A DNA stretch of 32,000 nt. Source: Erysipelotrichaceae bacterium (GTDB taxonomy: Bacteria; Bacillota_I; Bacilli_A; Erysipelotrichales; Erysipelotrichaceae). Positions 1 through 9,145 of the stretch are shown one piece after another. The stretch spans positions 1,590,001 to 1,622,000 of the forward strand of contig OY781039.1 in assembly GCA_963676105.1 (NCBI GenBank), written 5' to 3'. Positions within the stretch are counted from its first letter, which is position 1. Each line of letters begins with the position of its first letter. Under the pieces are notes generated by a model that did no database searches, was not told where the DNA came from, and worked only from the letters and a program-made list of their open reading frames with translations. A program made the position numbers and the translations under genes.

Positions 1-22
1 TTAGTATTAAGGTAGACCCACA

Positions 23-1375
23 ATGAGTCAAACACTACCGCATAGCATAGAAACAGAACAAGCGATGTTATCTAGTATGTTAGCTTACCCTAACTCAGTA
101 CAGGTCGCATCAGAACTTGCTTTACATCCAGACCATTTTTACTCTGAAGCAAACAAACGTTTATTCAAAGTGATGATGGATATGTATGAGGAAGGGAAGC
201 CGATTGATTCAGCTTCTGTTTTAGCGCGTTTAAAAGATCTAAATCTTACGCAAGCTATCGGTGGTGCAAGCTATATTTTAGAACTCTCAGAAAGTTCAGT
301 CTCTTCAGCTAATACTCGTTATTATGTTGGGGTTATTCAAGATAAAGCTTATGTTCGCAATTTAATTATTACAGCTCAAAAGATTGCGGCTGATGGTTAT
401 GATGGCAGCGTTGATATTGATGATGTCATGGACCAAGCCGAAAAAGACTTATTAAATGTCACACGTACACGCCGTGCGGCAGAATTTAAAAATTCAAGAG
501 AAGTTGTGACCAACGTTTTAGAAAACATTCAAACAATGTCACAAACACATACAAGTATTACTGGTACACCTACTGGTTTTAGACGTATGGATGGTTTAAC
601 AAATGGTTTCCAAAATGGGGACTTAATAATTTTAGCGGCACGTCCTTCAGTTGGAAAAACAGCTTTTGCCTGTAATGTCGCACTCAATGCAGCGCAAATT
701 TCAAAGAAAGCTGTTGCGATGTTTTCGCTTGAAATGCCAGCTGAACATTTGATTACTCGTATGTTGTCTGCGAAATCAAGATTAACAGGTTCTGCTTTAA
801 GAACTGGTCAAATTAGAAATAACAATGAGTGGAATGCTTTGAATGAAGCGGCTGCTGATTTAAAAGAAACAAAAATATATATTGATGATTCAGCAACCAT
901 TCGTGTTTCTGAAATCTTTAGTAAATGTCGTAAACTACAAACAGAACATCCATTAGGATTAATTATTATTGACTATATTCAACTCATTAGCTCAGGAGCT
1001 AAGTCATCAGATAATCGTCAACAAGAAGTATCAGAGATTTCTCGTAACCTTAAAGCTTTAGCGCGTGAACTAAAAGTACCTGTTATTGCGTTATCACAAT
1101 TATCTCGTTCAGTTGAATCAAGATCTGATAAGCGTCCACAACTCAGTGATTTACGTGAATCAGGTGCGATTGAACAAGATGCTGATATCGTTTTATTCTT
1201 GTATCGTCAAGCTTATTATGAGCGTGATGAAGATCGTCCAGAAACTGAGAAAATTGAAGTCTTAATCGCAAAACATCGTAATGGTCCGATTGGCCAAGTT
1301 GATCTTGCTTTTGAATCAGCGATAAATGCATTCTATAACTATTCCGAAACTAACCAACGAGGTGAAAATGCGTAA
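23..1375 (+). CDS. dnaB: Replicative DNA helicase (DnaB family; called DnaC in Bacillus)
   Basis: 450-aa ORF. Has the N-terminal DnaB domain (IETEQAMLSSML), a Walker A motif (AARPSVGKTAF), Walker B / RecA-fold motifs (LIIIDYIQLI, SQLSRSVESR) and LRESGAIEQDADIV. An SD-like aaggta lies upstream of the ATG at 23. Confidence 0.95.
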   Translation: MSQTLPHSIETEQAMLSSMLAYPNSVQVASELALHPDHFYSEANKRLFKVMMDMYEEGKPIDSASVLARLKDLNLTQAIGGASYILELSESSVSSANTRYYVGVIQDKAYVRNLIITAQKIAADGYDGSVDIDDVMDQAEKDLLNVTRTRRAAEFKNSREVVTNVLENIQTMSQTHTSITGTPTGFRRMDGLTNGFQNGDLIILAARPSVGKTAFACNVALNAAQISKKAVAMFSLEMPAEHLITRMLSAKSRLTGSALRTGQIRNNNEWNALNEAAADLKETKIYIDDSATIRVSEIFSKCRKLQTEHPLGLIIIDYIQLISSGAKSSDNRQQEVSEISRNLKALARELKVPVIALSQLSRSVESRSDKRPQLSDLRESGAIEQDADIVLFLYRQAYYERDEDRPETEKIEVLIAKHRNGPIGQVDLAFESAINAFYNYSETNQRGENA

Positions 1376-2858
1376 TATTTATGCCATCTTACTAGCGCTT
1401 GGGATCAGTCTGTCAATTGTGAGTGTTGATTTTTTCAGTCAGTCTAATGCGATGAGTTCTGAAACAGCACAAATTCAAGAACAAACAATTGTTGATCAAG
1501 CGATCGTAGAAAGCTATGATATTCAAAAAACCATTCAAAAGATTTATTTAGGATCTGATTTGATAGGTGTTTTAAGTCACGATGCTGATGTTGAAGGTTT
1601 TTTAAATAGTGTTTATGTCGATAGATACTTAGAAGAATTCCCATCATCAAAATTAGGTTTTGGGGAAAACATTACGCTTATCGAAGAATTATCTTATTTT
1701 GAATATGAAAATAAAGATCAAGAAATATTTGATTATCTGAATTCAAATGATTTATTTTCAGTAGAAGTTGATAAGATTGAATTTTCAAATGGTGCGATTA
1801 TTTATGTAAAAGATGTGGCCATGTTTGAAGAAGCGCGTGAGATTTATGTTGGTAACTTTATCTCAAAAGAAGCCTATGATTTAATTCGTAATAATCAACT
1901 ACCTGCACCACTGACCACCTATGGTTATCGTGAAGTTGGTTTCTCTATTGTTGAAACAGCTACCTATCAAAGAGGGCTTGCGCCTTTATCAAAAATATTA
2001 GTTGATGTGAATGAGATTGTTTCATTCTTAAGTTATGGTTATGGAACAGATATTCAAACTTATACCGTTGATGAGTATGACACGATTGAAGGGATAGCTT
2101 ATCGTACGGGCTTATCTCCTCAACAAATTTTAACGATTAATAATGAAAAGATAAAAACACTTAATCAAATCTTAGAAGTTGGTATGGAGTTAAATGTAAC
2201 TTACTTTGACTCTCCAATTAACGTTATTGTGACGAAAGAAAAACTTCAAAAAGAAACGGTTTATCCAGCAAGTACACGCTATGTTAAAGATCCAACCATT
2301 CAAGAGGGTTTCAGCATTATTCAAACGCGTGAAGAATTAGGCTATAAAGATGTTTTATATGAAGAAACCTATATTAATGGTGAGGTTGCAGATGCGACCA
2401 TGATTTCTTCAACGATTGTTAAGTATCCAGTTCAAGAAGTTATGATTATTGGGACGAAGGTTATTCCTGGTATAGGATCTGGTACGCTAAGATGGCCACT
2501 TGGTGCAAACTCACACATCTCATGTCGTTGGTATTGTTATCCAGGACACCAAGGCTTAGATATTGTTTATAACTATAATCGTTATGGACCAATTTATGCA
2601 GCTGATAGAGGTGTTGTTTTATCAGTTAGTTATGATTGGCGTAGTGGTTATCATGTTTATATCGACCACAATAATGGTATGAAAACACTTTATGCTCATA
2701 TGTATAGATGGCCACCTGTTAAAGTTGGACAAACCGTTGAAAAAGGTGACTTCATAGGCAATGTTGGTAACACCGGGCGATCGACGGGGCCTCACTTACA
2801 CTTTGGAATTTATGTAGATGGAGTTGCGAAAAACCCATGTACCTATTTAGGATGTTAG
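1368..2858 (+). CDS. Secreted or membrane-anchored peptidoglycan hydrolase: unknown N-terminal domain, then LysM, G5 and M23 (LytM-type) metallopeptidase domains
   Basis: The track ORF is 1326..2858. I prefer the ATG at 1368 because it is preceded by gaggtga and gives an N-terminal signal/anchor (MRNIYAILLALGISLSIVSV). LysM: YTVDEYDTIEGIAYRTGLSPQQILTINN...GMELNV. G5-like: TVYPASTRYVKDPTIQEG...INGEV...VMIIGTK. M23: HQGLDI, DHNNGMKTLYAHM, GNTGRSTGPHLHFGIY. It overlaps the dnaB stop by 8 nt. Confidence 0.85.
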   Translation: MRNIYAILLALGISLSIVSVDFFSQSNAMSSETAQIQEQTIVDQAIVESYDIQKTIQKIYLGSDLIGVLSHDADVEGFLNSVYVDRYLEEFPSSKLGFGENITLIEELSYFEYENKDQEIFDYLNSNDLFSVEVDKIEFSNGAIIYVKDVAMFEEAREIYVGNFISKEAYDLIRNNQLPAPLTTYGYREVGFSIVETATYQRGLAPLSKILVDVNEIVSFLSYGYGTDIQTYTVDEYDTIEGIAYRTGLSPQQILTINNEKIKTLNQILEVGMELNVTYFDSPINVIVTKEKLQKETVYPASTRYVKDPTIQEGFSIIQTREELGYKDVLYEETYINGEVADATMISSTIVKYPVQEVMIIGTKVIPGIGSGTLRWPLGANSHISCRWYCYPGHQGLDIVYNYNRYGPIYAADRGVVLSVSYDWRSGYHVYIDHNNGMKTLYAHMYRWPPVKVGQTVEKGDFIGNVGNTGRSTGPHLHFGIYVDGVAKNPCTYLGC

Positions 2859-3638
2859 ATGAAATATATTAACTTTTGTAGCGGATCAAAAGGTAATTGT
2901 ACTTATGTTGAAAGTAAGCAAACAAGACTCATCATCGATTGCGGTTCAACAAAGCGTTATTTGTCACAATCTCTTCACAATTACGATATACAATTAGACT
3001 CAGTAGATGCATTGTTGATTACACATGACCATGGTGACCACATTGCTCAACTGCGTCTTTTTGATTCAATTGAAACGTGTATTAGTCCAGTTGAATTAAA
3101 TCGAGAGACGATAAATCCAATGCCTTATCAATCATTTATGATAAAGGATATCGAAGTAACGGCTTTGGTCTTATCTCATGACTCTGGTTTAACTTATGGT
3201 TATGTTTTAAAGAGTGATGGGGTAAAATTGGTTTATATTACCGATACTGGTTATTTGAAAGATAATAATCTAGATTATATAAGTAATGCTGATATTTACT
3301 TGATTGAAAGTAATCACAATGTTGATAAATTGATGGAAAGTAAACGTCCACATTTTACGAAGACGCGGATCTTATCTGATACAGGACACTTAAGCAATGA
3401 AGATAGTGCCAAAATACTTAAACGTGTGATGGGACCAAAAACAAAAGAAATCGTTTTAGCCCATTTGTCAGAGGAAGCAAATACTGAACATTTAGCATTA
3501 AAAGCTTATGCAGAAGTCTTAGATACTCAAAAAGTACATATACACTGTGCGAGACAGCGCAGTGAAACAATAGGAGGATTTTTGAATGAAGAATACACTA
3601 ACGAAGAGCTTGATATTCGTTTTGCTGATATCAAATAG
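2859..3638 (+). CDS. yycJ: MBL-fold metallo-hydrolase, YycJ/WalJ type
   Basis: 259 aa. Has the metallo-beta-lactamase motif LITHDHGDH plus downstream TDTGY and HLS motifs. It sits between a cell-wall hydrolase and htrA/rlmH, as in the Bacillus yyc locus. The ATG directly abuts the upstream TAG stop. Confidence 0.8.
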   Translation: MKYINFCSGSKGNCTYVESKQTRLIIDCGSTKRYLSQSLHNYDIQLDSVDALLITHDHGDHIAQLRLFDSIETCISPVELNRETINPMPYQSFMIKDIEVTALVLSHDSGLTYGYVLKSDGVKLVYITDTGYLKDNNLDYISNADIYLIESNHNVDKLMESKRPHFTKTRILSDTGHLSNEDSAKILKRVMGPKTKEIVLAHLSEEANTEHLALKAYAEVLDTQKVHIHCARQRSETIGGFLNEEYTNEELDIRFADIK

Positions 3639-4665
3639 TTTCTTAGCTTATGTCGTATTAACGGATGATAATCAAGTTGCGGTAACGGATGATGGGAAAA
3701 TCATTCGAGAAGTTGTAACGGAATATACAACGGATGCGACGCAAGTCGTTGAAAACACCATTGAAAAAGTGGTTGGTGTTTCATCTCTTTATAGCGGTGA
3801 AGTGTACTCAACAGGAAGTGGCGCAATCTATGATGTCATCGATGATCAAATCTTAATTGTGACCAATAATCATGTGATAGAAGGTTATACAGATATTCAA
3901 GTAACCTTTGCGAATGGGGAGCAGCTAGATGCGGAAGTATTAGGCGCGGATTCATTTACGGACTTAGCTTTATTAAGTGTGAGTGCAGACTTTAGTGTTG
4001 AAGCCTTTGATTTAGGTGATTCATCATTAGTCAGTGTGGGTGAAAATGTCCTCGCGATTGGCTCACCTTTAGGCTTGGAATTTCAAGGCAGTGTCACAAT
4101 GGGAATTATCTCTGGTAAAGATCGTGTTGTACCTGTTGATATTAATAATGATGGTGTTGATGATTGGGACTCTATTGTCCTTCAAACAGATGCGGCGATT
4201 AATCCTGGTAATAGTGGTGGACCATTAATCAATATGGCTGGTGAATTGATTGGCATTACATCAATGAAAATTGCCGATAGTTCAGTTGAAGGTATGGGTT
4301 TTGCGATTCCAATTAATGAAATTGTACCAATTATTACTCAACTCTATGAAAATGGTGAAGTAACACGTCCGCTTGTTGGTATTTCAGCTGTAGCCTTAGA
4401 AGAGTTAACGGTTTATCAAAAGAGTTTCTATGGCATCCGTTTAGATTTAAGTGAAGGATTATACATCTTTAATGTCAGTGCTAGATCAGCGGCAGATAAT
4501 GCTGGCTTAGAAGAGGGAGATGTCCTACTCTCATTTGATGGTACAGACATCACAAGTTTTAAAGCTTTTAGAAAACTACTCTATGAAAAACAAGTCGGCG
4601 ATAGTGTTGAGGTTGAATATGAGCGTGATGGTGAAGTCTACTCAACAACGGTAATCCTACAGTGA
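3586..4665 (+). CDS. htrA: HtrA/DegP-family membrane-anchored serine protease with a C-terminal PDZ domain (YycK/HtrC-like)
   Basis: 359 aa. N-terminal TM segment LIFVLLISNSFLAYVVL. Catalytic triad contexts TNNHVIEG, TDLALL and GNSGGPL. PDZ-like region GLEEGDVLLSFDG. A strong SD (aggagga) lies 6 nt before the ATG. Confidence 0.9.
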   Translation: MKNTLTKSLIFVLLISNSFLAYVVLTDDNQVAVTDDGKIIREVVTEYTTDATQVVENTIEKVVGVSSLYSGEVYSTGSGAIYDVIDDQILIVTNNHVIEGYTDIQVTFANGEQLDAEVLGADSFTDLALLSVSADFSVEAFDLGDSSLVSVGENVLAIGSPLGLEFQGSVTMGIISGKDRVVPVDINNDGVDDWDSIVLQTDAAINPGNSGGPLINMAGELIGITSMKIADSSVEGMGFAIPINEIVPIITQLYENGEVTRPLVGISAVALEELTVYQKSFYGIRLDLSEGLYIFNVSARSAADNAGLEEGDVLLSFDGTDITSFKAFRKLLYEKQVGDSVEVEYERDGEVYSTTVILQ

Positions 4666-5132
4666 TTAAACTTGTTTGCGTAGGCAAAATAAAAGAAAAA
4701 GAGTTAAGTATTTTAATTAAGGATTATTCAAAAAGAATACAGCCTTATCATAAATTTGAAATTATAGAGATAAAAGATTTACCTAGTGGGGAAGATCCTC
4801 ACCTAAATCAAAAAGTGATTGAAAGCGAAAGTGAGTCCATTCTTAAACAAATACAAAGTGATGATGATGTCGTTTTGTTGGATTTAAGAGGGAAATTAAT
4901 GAGTTCTGAGAAACTTTCACAAAGAATTCAGACAAGTTTTAATCAATCCTATAAAAATTTAGTCTTTGTAATTGGTGGTTCTCTTGGAGTAAGCGACAGC
5001 CTAAGAGAACGCGCTAATAGCTTATGGAAACTATCTGAAAACACTTTTCCACACGGTGTAGTCAGACTTTTATGTGCTGAACAAATATACAGAAGTTTTA
5101 GAATTTTAAACAATCATCCCTATCACAAGTGA
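4662..5132 (+). CDS. rlmH: 23S rRNA (pseudouridine1915-N3)-methyltransferase RlmH (SPOUT)
   Basis: 156 aa with a GTG start overlapping the htrA stop (GTGA). Typical RlmH features: MIKLVCVGKIKEK, VFVIGGSLG, and the C-terminal NHPYHK. Confidence 0.92.
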   Translation: MIKLVCVGKIKEKELSILIKDYSKRIQPYHKFEIIEIKDLPSGEDPHLNQKVIESESESILKQIQSDDDVVLLDLRGKLMSSEKLSQRIQTSFNQSYKNLVFVIGGSLGVSDSLRERANSLWKLSENTFPHGVVRLLCAEQIYRSFRILNNHPYHK

Positions 5133-5146
5133 TGAAAGCGATTACA
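5133..5146. promoter_or_regulatory. Catabolite-responsive element (cre, CcpA operator) upstream of the ptsH promoter
   Basis: TGAAAGCGATTACA matches the cre consensus TGWAANCGNTNWCA at 14 of 14 positions. It lies immediately after the rlmH stop, 13 nt upstream of the putative -35. Confidence 0.6.
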
Positions 5147-5158
5147 TTAAAAAATTTC

Positions 5159-5187
5159 TTGCGTTGTAATTACAAAGGAACTATATT
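5159..5187 (+). promoter_or_regulatory. Sigma-A type promoter of ptsH
   Basis: -35 TTGCGT (5159-5164), a 17-nt spacer, then -10 TATATT (5182-5187). The SD ggagga at 5210-5215 and the ATG at 5219 follow. Confidence 0.5.
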
Positions 5188-5218
5188 AAAATAGTCTTAT
5201 AAAATCGTTGGAGGATAT

Positions 5219-5485
5219 ATGAAAGAAATCAGTGTATTAGTTATTGATCCAGTTGGACTACACGCACGCCCAGCAACAGTTGCTGTTAGTGCTGCTAGCC
5301 GCTTCAAATGCGAAGTTAAAGTTGCATTTAAAGGTCGTTCTGTGAATATGAAATCCATCATGGGCGTTATGTCCTTGGGTATTCCTACGCAATCAGAAGT
5401 CGTCATCTCATGTGAAGGTGAAGACGAAGATGAAGCGATCAAAACGATCGAAGATGTATTGAGAACTCAAAAAGTTATTCAATAG
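5219..5485 (+). CDS. ptsH: Phosphocarrier protein HPr
   Basis: 88 aa. His15 in GLHARPA and Ser46 in NMKSIMGVMSLG are both present, so this is true HPr rather than Crh. Confidence 0.93.
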   Translation: MKEISVLVIDPVGLHARPATVAVSAASRFKCEVKVAFKGRSVNMKSIMGVMSLGIPTQSEVVISCEGEDEDEAIKTIEDVLRTQKVIQ

Positions 5486-5501
5486 TCGTTGATTGATAAA
5501 A

Positions 5502-5530
5502 ACGAAGATGGTCGCATCTTCGTTTTTTTT
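5502..5530 (+). terminator. Rho-independent terminator after ptsH
   Basis: 9-bp stem ACGAAGATG / CATCTTCGT, a 4-nt loop (gtcg), then a T8 run. Confidence 0.8.
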
Positions 5531-5546
5531 ATAAGTTGGGAGAACT

Positions 5547-7232
5547 ATGGAAGCTATTATTCAACATTGGATGAACCATCCAAATCTTGATCCTCAGTTA
5601 AAGGAAGAACTTGAACATGCGGATCGCAAAACATTACAAGATGCTTTTTATACGGATGTAGCCTTTGGTACAGCTGGGATGAGAGGACTTTTGGGGGTTG
5701 GCACAAACAGATTAAATGTACACACCATTCGCAAAGCAAATGTAGCGTTTGCGAAGTATCTACTTCAATATCCAGAAGCGACAAAAACAGGTGTAGCGAT
5801 TGCTTATGATAATCGTTATATGTCGGTAGAGTTTGCACAAGAGAGTGCGCGCGTTTTAGCGATGTTCAATATTCCTTCATATGTGTTTGAGTCACTTAGA
5901 CCAACACCAGAATTATCATTTGCAGTTCGTCATTTAAAATGTGTTGGCGGTATTGTCATTACTGCATCTCATAATCCGAAAGAATACAACGGTTATAAAG
6001 TTTATGATCAAGAAGGATGCCAATTAGTACCTCATTTAATTGAACAAGTGATTGATGAAATCAATAAAATAGAAGATGCTTTGGATATTGTGGTTGAATT
6101 AACAGCTGATCAAGAATCTTTAATTCATACAGTAGATGCATCAGTTGATGAAGAATACTATAAAAAAGTTGAAAACATCAAACTAAGAAAAGACTTAGAT
6201 TTTTCAAATATTAAACTCGTTTTCTCACCTCAACATGGAACAGCGCATGTTGGTGTGAATGTTTTATATAAACGTATGGGTGTACCATTTGTAGAGGTTG
6301 CTGAACAAGCTAATCCAGATCCAGCTTTCTCAAATACTAAAACACCAAACCCTGAAGAGAGTGCTGCATACGAATTAGCAATCGAATACGCTAAAAAAGA
6401 AAATGCAGATGCTGCCATTGCGACAGATCCTGATGCGGATAGACTTGGGGTTGTGGTTAAACACAATGGTGAATATGTTTTATTGACAGGTAATCAAACT
6501 GGTTCTATCTTAATTGATTATGTGTTAAGCACTAAAACAGAACTTAACACAATGCCGACTAATCCAGTATTATTCAATACTGTTGTCACTTCTGATTTAG
6601 GTGAAAAGGTAGCGAATAACTATGGTGTTGAAGTTGAAAAGACTTTAACTGGTTTTAAATTTATCGGAGACAAGATTAAAAACTACCAGGAAACAAAAGA
6701 AAAGAACTTTGTTTTTGGTTATGAAGAAAGTTATGGTTATTTAGTTGAACCATTTGTACGTGATAAAGATGCTTTACAAGCTTGTGTCTTAATTGCGGAA
6801 GCGATTTCTTATAATAAGTCACAAGGTTTAACACTGGTTGATGTTTTAAATAATCTTTATCAAAAATACGGTTATCATTTAGAAGATCAAATGAGTTTAA
6901 CTTTAAAAGGTGAAGAAGGAAGTTTAAAGATTAAAGAAATCTTAACCCACTTTAGAGAGTCAGATATAAAATCTTTCGCAAATATTAGTGTACAGGCGAA
7001 AGAAGATTATGAATTATCTATTCGTGTTGAAGGATCAAATAAAACAAACTTAGATTTCCCAAAATCTAATGTGATTAAGTATTTCTTGGCTGATGGTTCA
7101 TGGATTGCGATTCGTCCATCAGGCACAGAACCTAAGATTAAATTTTACTTCTGTGTTTTAGGAGATTCTGAAGTCAGTGCGAAGAATAAGTATGACGAGT
7201 TAGTTAAGGATATTAAAGAACATATTTCATAA
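5547..7232 (+). CDS. pgcA: Phosphoglucomutase (alpha-D-phosphohexomutase family, PgcA type)
   Basis: 561 aa. Active-site serine loop TASHNPKEYNGYK, metal loop DPDADR, sugar loop GYEESYG, and phosphate-binding RPSGTEPKIK. SD gggaga precedes the start. Confidence 0.9.
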   Translation: MEAIIQHWMNHPNLDPQLKEELEHADRKTLQDAFYTDVAFGTAGMRGLLGVGTNRLNVHTIRKANVAFAKYLLQYPEATKTGVAIAYDNRYMSVEFAQESARVLAMFNIPSYVFESLRPTPELSFAVRHLKCVGGIVITASHNPKEYNGYKVYDQEGCQLVPHLIEQVIDEINKIEDALDIVVELTADQESLIHTVDASVDEEYYKKVENIKLRKDLDFSNIKLVFSPQHGTAHVGVNVLYKRMGVPFVEVAEQANPDPAFSNTKTPNPEESAAYELAIEYAKKENADAAIATDPDADRLGVVVKHNGEYVLLTGNQTGSILIDYVLSTKTELNTMPTNPVLFNTVVTSDLGEKVANNYGVEVEKTLTGFKFIGDKIKNYQETKEKNFVFGYEESYGYLVEPFVRDKDALQACVLIAEAISYNKSQGLTLVDVLNNLYQKYGYHLEDQMSLTLKGEEGSLKIKEILTHFRESDIKSFANISVQAKEDYELSIRVEGSNKTNLDFPKSNVIKYFLADGSWIAIRPSGTEPKIKFYFCVLGDSEVSAKNKYDELVKDIKEHIS

Positions 7233-7246
7233 ACAAAGGGGGCTAT

Positions 7247-9070
7247 ATGCGCAATACAGTTATATTGGAGAAATTCCATCAAGGGCATAGTATTGATTCT
7301 TATAAGATTTTTGGCGCTCATTTTGATTATGATCAAGCACCAGGTGTTCGATTTTGTGTTTATGCCCCTGCGGCAAAAGAAGTTTATGTCATTGGTGATT
7401 TCAATCATTGGCATAATACCCATCCAATGCAAAGACAAGAGGATGGCTCCTGGACTCTATTTATTCCAGGGTTAGAAGAGTGGACACTCTATAAATATCG
7501 TATTCACCAATCATCAGGTGAATGGGCAGAAAAAAGTGATCCCTATGCCTTTTATGCGGAAATGAGACCTAAATCAGGTGGTCTAGTCGTTAATCTTAAT
7601 GATTACAACTGGGGTGATCTACAATGGGTTGGTAAACGAAATAAAGCTTTTAATCGAGAGTTAAACATTTATGAATGTCATTTAGGTTCATGGATGATGA
7701 ATGGACATGAATGGCTTACTTATGAAGACTTAGCTTTAAAGCTTATTCCATATGTAAAAGACTTAGGTTTTACACACATTGAAATTATGCCACTTAATGA
7801 ACATCCTTTTGATGGTTCATGGGGCTATCAAGCACATGGTTACTTTAGTTTAACGTCACGTTACGGTACGCCTAAGCAATTTATGAAGTTTGTGGATGAA
7901 TGTCATCGCAATGATATAGGTTTAATCATGGACTTTGTGCCTGTGCATTTTGTGAAGGACGCCTTTGGTTTACGCTATTTTGATGGCTCTCCTTTATATG
8001 AATATCCACGCTATAATGATGCCCATAGTCAATGGGATACGATGAACTTTGACTTATGGAAAGAAGAAGTACGATCTTTTCTAATGTCAGCTGCCGCTTT
8101 TTGGATTGATACCTATCATGTGGATGGTTTACGTGTTGATGCGGTTGCGAATATGATTTTCTGGGGTGGTAATAAAAACAATGGAACCAATGAGGGCGCA
8201 ACAGCCTTTATGCGTCGTTTAAACTATTATCTCAATGTTAATTATCCAGGTGTTTTGATGATCGCAGAAGATAGTTCTGATTATCCTATGGTGACGCATC
8301 CGACAACGGATATGGGTTTAGGCTTTGATTATAAATGGGATTTAGGATGGATGAATGATACCTTGAAATATTATGCTTTAGATCCTGTCTATCGTAAGTT
8401 TCATCATCATCAATTGACGTTCTCAATGGCTTATTTCTACTCAGAAAACTTTATTCTTCCACTATCACATGATGAAGTGGTTCATGGTAAAGGAACCATC
8501 ATCAATAAAATGTGGGGAACTTATGAACAAAAGTTTGCTCAAGTAAAAAACTTGTATGCTTATATGTTTGCCCATCCAGGTAAGAAATTAAACTTCATGG
8601 GTAATGAACTTGCTCACTTTAGAGAGTGGGATGAGAAGAAGGAAATGGATTGGTTCTTATTAGGTTATGAAAGACATCAATCATTTGCGCGATACTTTAA
8701 AGATTTGATGCAAATCTATAAATATCACAGTGCACTGTCTCAATTTGATTATCAACATAAAGGATTTAGATGGATTGATGCAGATAATGCCGATCAATCG
8801 ATTTATAGCTTTTATCGTCAAAACGCAAAGAGTACGATTGTAGTTGTGATGAATATGACGCCTACGAGTTATGAAAACTATCGCTTAGGCGTACCTAAAG
8901 AAGGTACATATATCGAGCTTATAAATACAGAGAAGGATATATATATGGGTTGTAATATGTGTAATTTCGAACCCATTAAGAGTGAAGAAATTCCTGCCCA
9001 TCATCAAGAAAACAGTATATTAGTACGTATTGCGCCATTTGCGACAATTTACTTTGAAGTCAAATCTTAA
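7247..9070 (+). CDS. glgB: 1,4-alpha-glucan branching enzyme (GH13_9)
   Basis: 607 aa. CBM48-like N-terminus (GVRFCVYAPAAKEVYVIGDFNHW). GH13 regions DFVPVHF, GLRVDAV, AEDSS and SHDEVVHGK. SD aaggggg precedes the start. Confidence 0.95.
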   Translation: MRNTVILEKFHQGHSIDSYKIFGAHFDYDQAPGVRFCVYAPAAKEVYVIGDFNHWHNTHPMQRQEDGSWTLFIPGLEEWTLYKYRIHQSSGEWAEKSDPYAFYAEMRPKSGGLVVNLNDYNWGDLQWVGKRNKAFNRELNIYECHLGSWMMNGHEWLTYEDLALKLIPYVKDLGFTHIEIMPLNEHPFDGSWGYQAHGYFSLTSRYGTPKQFMKFVDECHRNDIGLIMDFVPVHFVKDAFGLRYFDGSPLYEYPRYNDAHSQWDTMNFDLWKEEVRSFLMSAAAFWIDTYHVDGLRVDAVANMIFWGGNKNNGTNEGATAFMRRLNYYLNVNYPGVLMIAEDSSDYPMVTHPTTDMGLGFDYKWDLGWMNDTLKYYALDPVYRKFHHHQLTFSMAYFYSENFILPLSHDEVVHGKGTIINKMWGTYEQKFAQVKNLYAYMFAHPGKKLNFMGNELAHFREWDEKKEMDWFLLGYERHQSFARYFKDLMQIYKYHSALSQFDYQHKGFRWIDADNADQSIYSFYRQNAKSTIVVVMNMTPTSYENYRLGVPKEGTYIELINTEKDIYMGCNMCNFEPIKSEEIPAHHQENSILVRIAPFATIYFEVKS

Positions 9071-9109
9071 GCATTTTTGTTCACGACATACAAAGAAAAC
9101 CTACTTTCA

Positions 9110-9128
9110 TGTGTTAAAATACACACAT
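9110..9128 (+). promoter_or_regulatory. Candidate glgP promoter: extended -10 embedded in an inverted repeat
   Basis: TGtTAAAAT (TG at 9112-9113, hexamer at 9115-9120) is flanked by the arms TGTGT (9110-9114) and ACACA (9121-9125). The -35 is weak. The SD aaggagg at 9132-9138 precedes the ATG at 9146. Confidence 0.4.
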
Positions 9129-9145
9129 TATAAGGAGGTTTTTTT

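Noticed and set aside
1143-1650. Minus-strand ORFs of 62 aa and 68 aa (1143..1331, 1444..1650)
   Set aside because: Both are embedded antisense in dnaB and the M23 peptidase gene. They have no start context and no recognisable motifs. They are chance open frames in AT-rich DNA.
5197-5442. 81-aa minus-strand ORF covering almost all of ptsH
   Set aside because: It is antisense to a gene with unmistakable HPr motifs. It has no SD, and its Ser/Thr/Ala-rich composition is typical of a shadow frame.
5557-8201. Small ORFs inside pgcA and glgB: 5557..5838(-), 6230..6466(-), 7145..7438(-), 7293..7475(+), 7926..8201(-)
   Set aside because: All overlap strongly supported enzyme genes in alternative frames. 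None has an SD or promoter, and all show low-complexity or odd composition.
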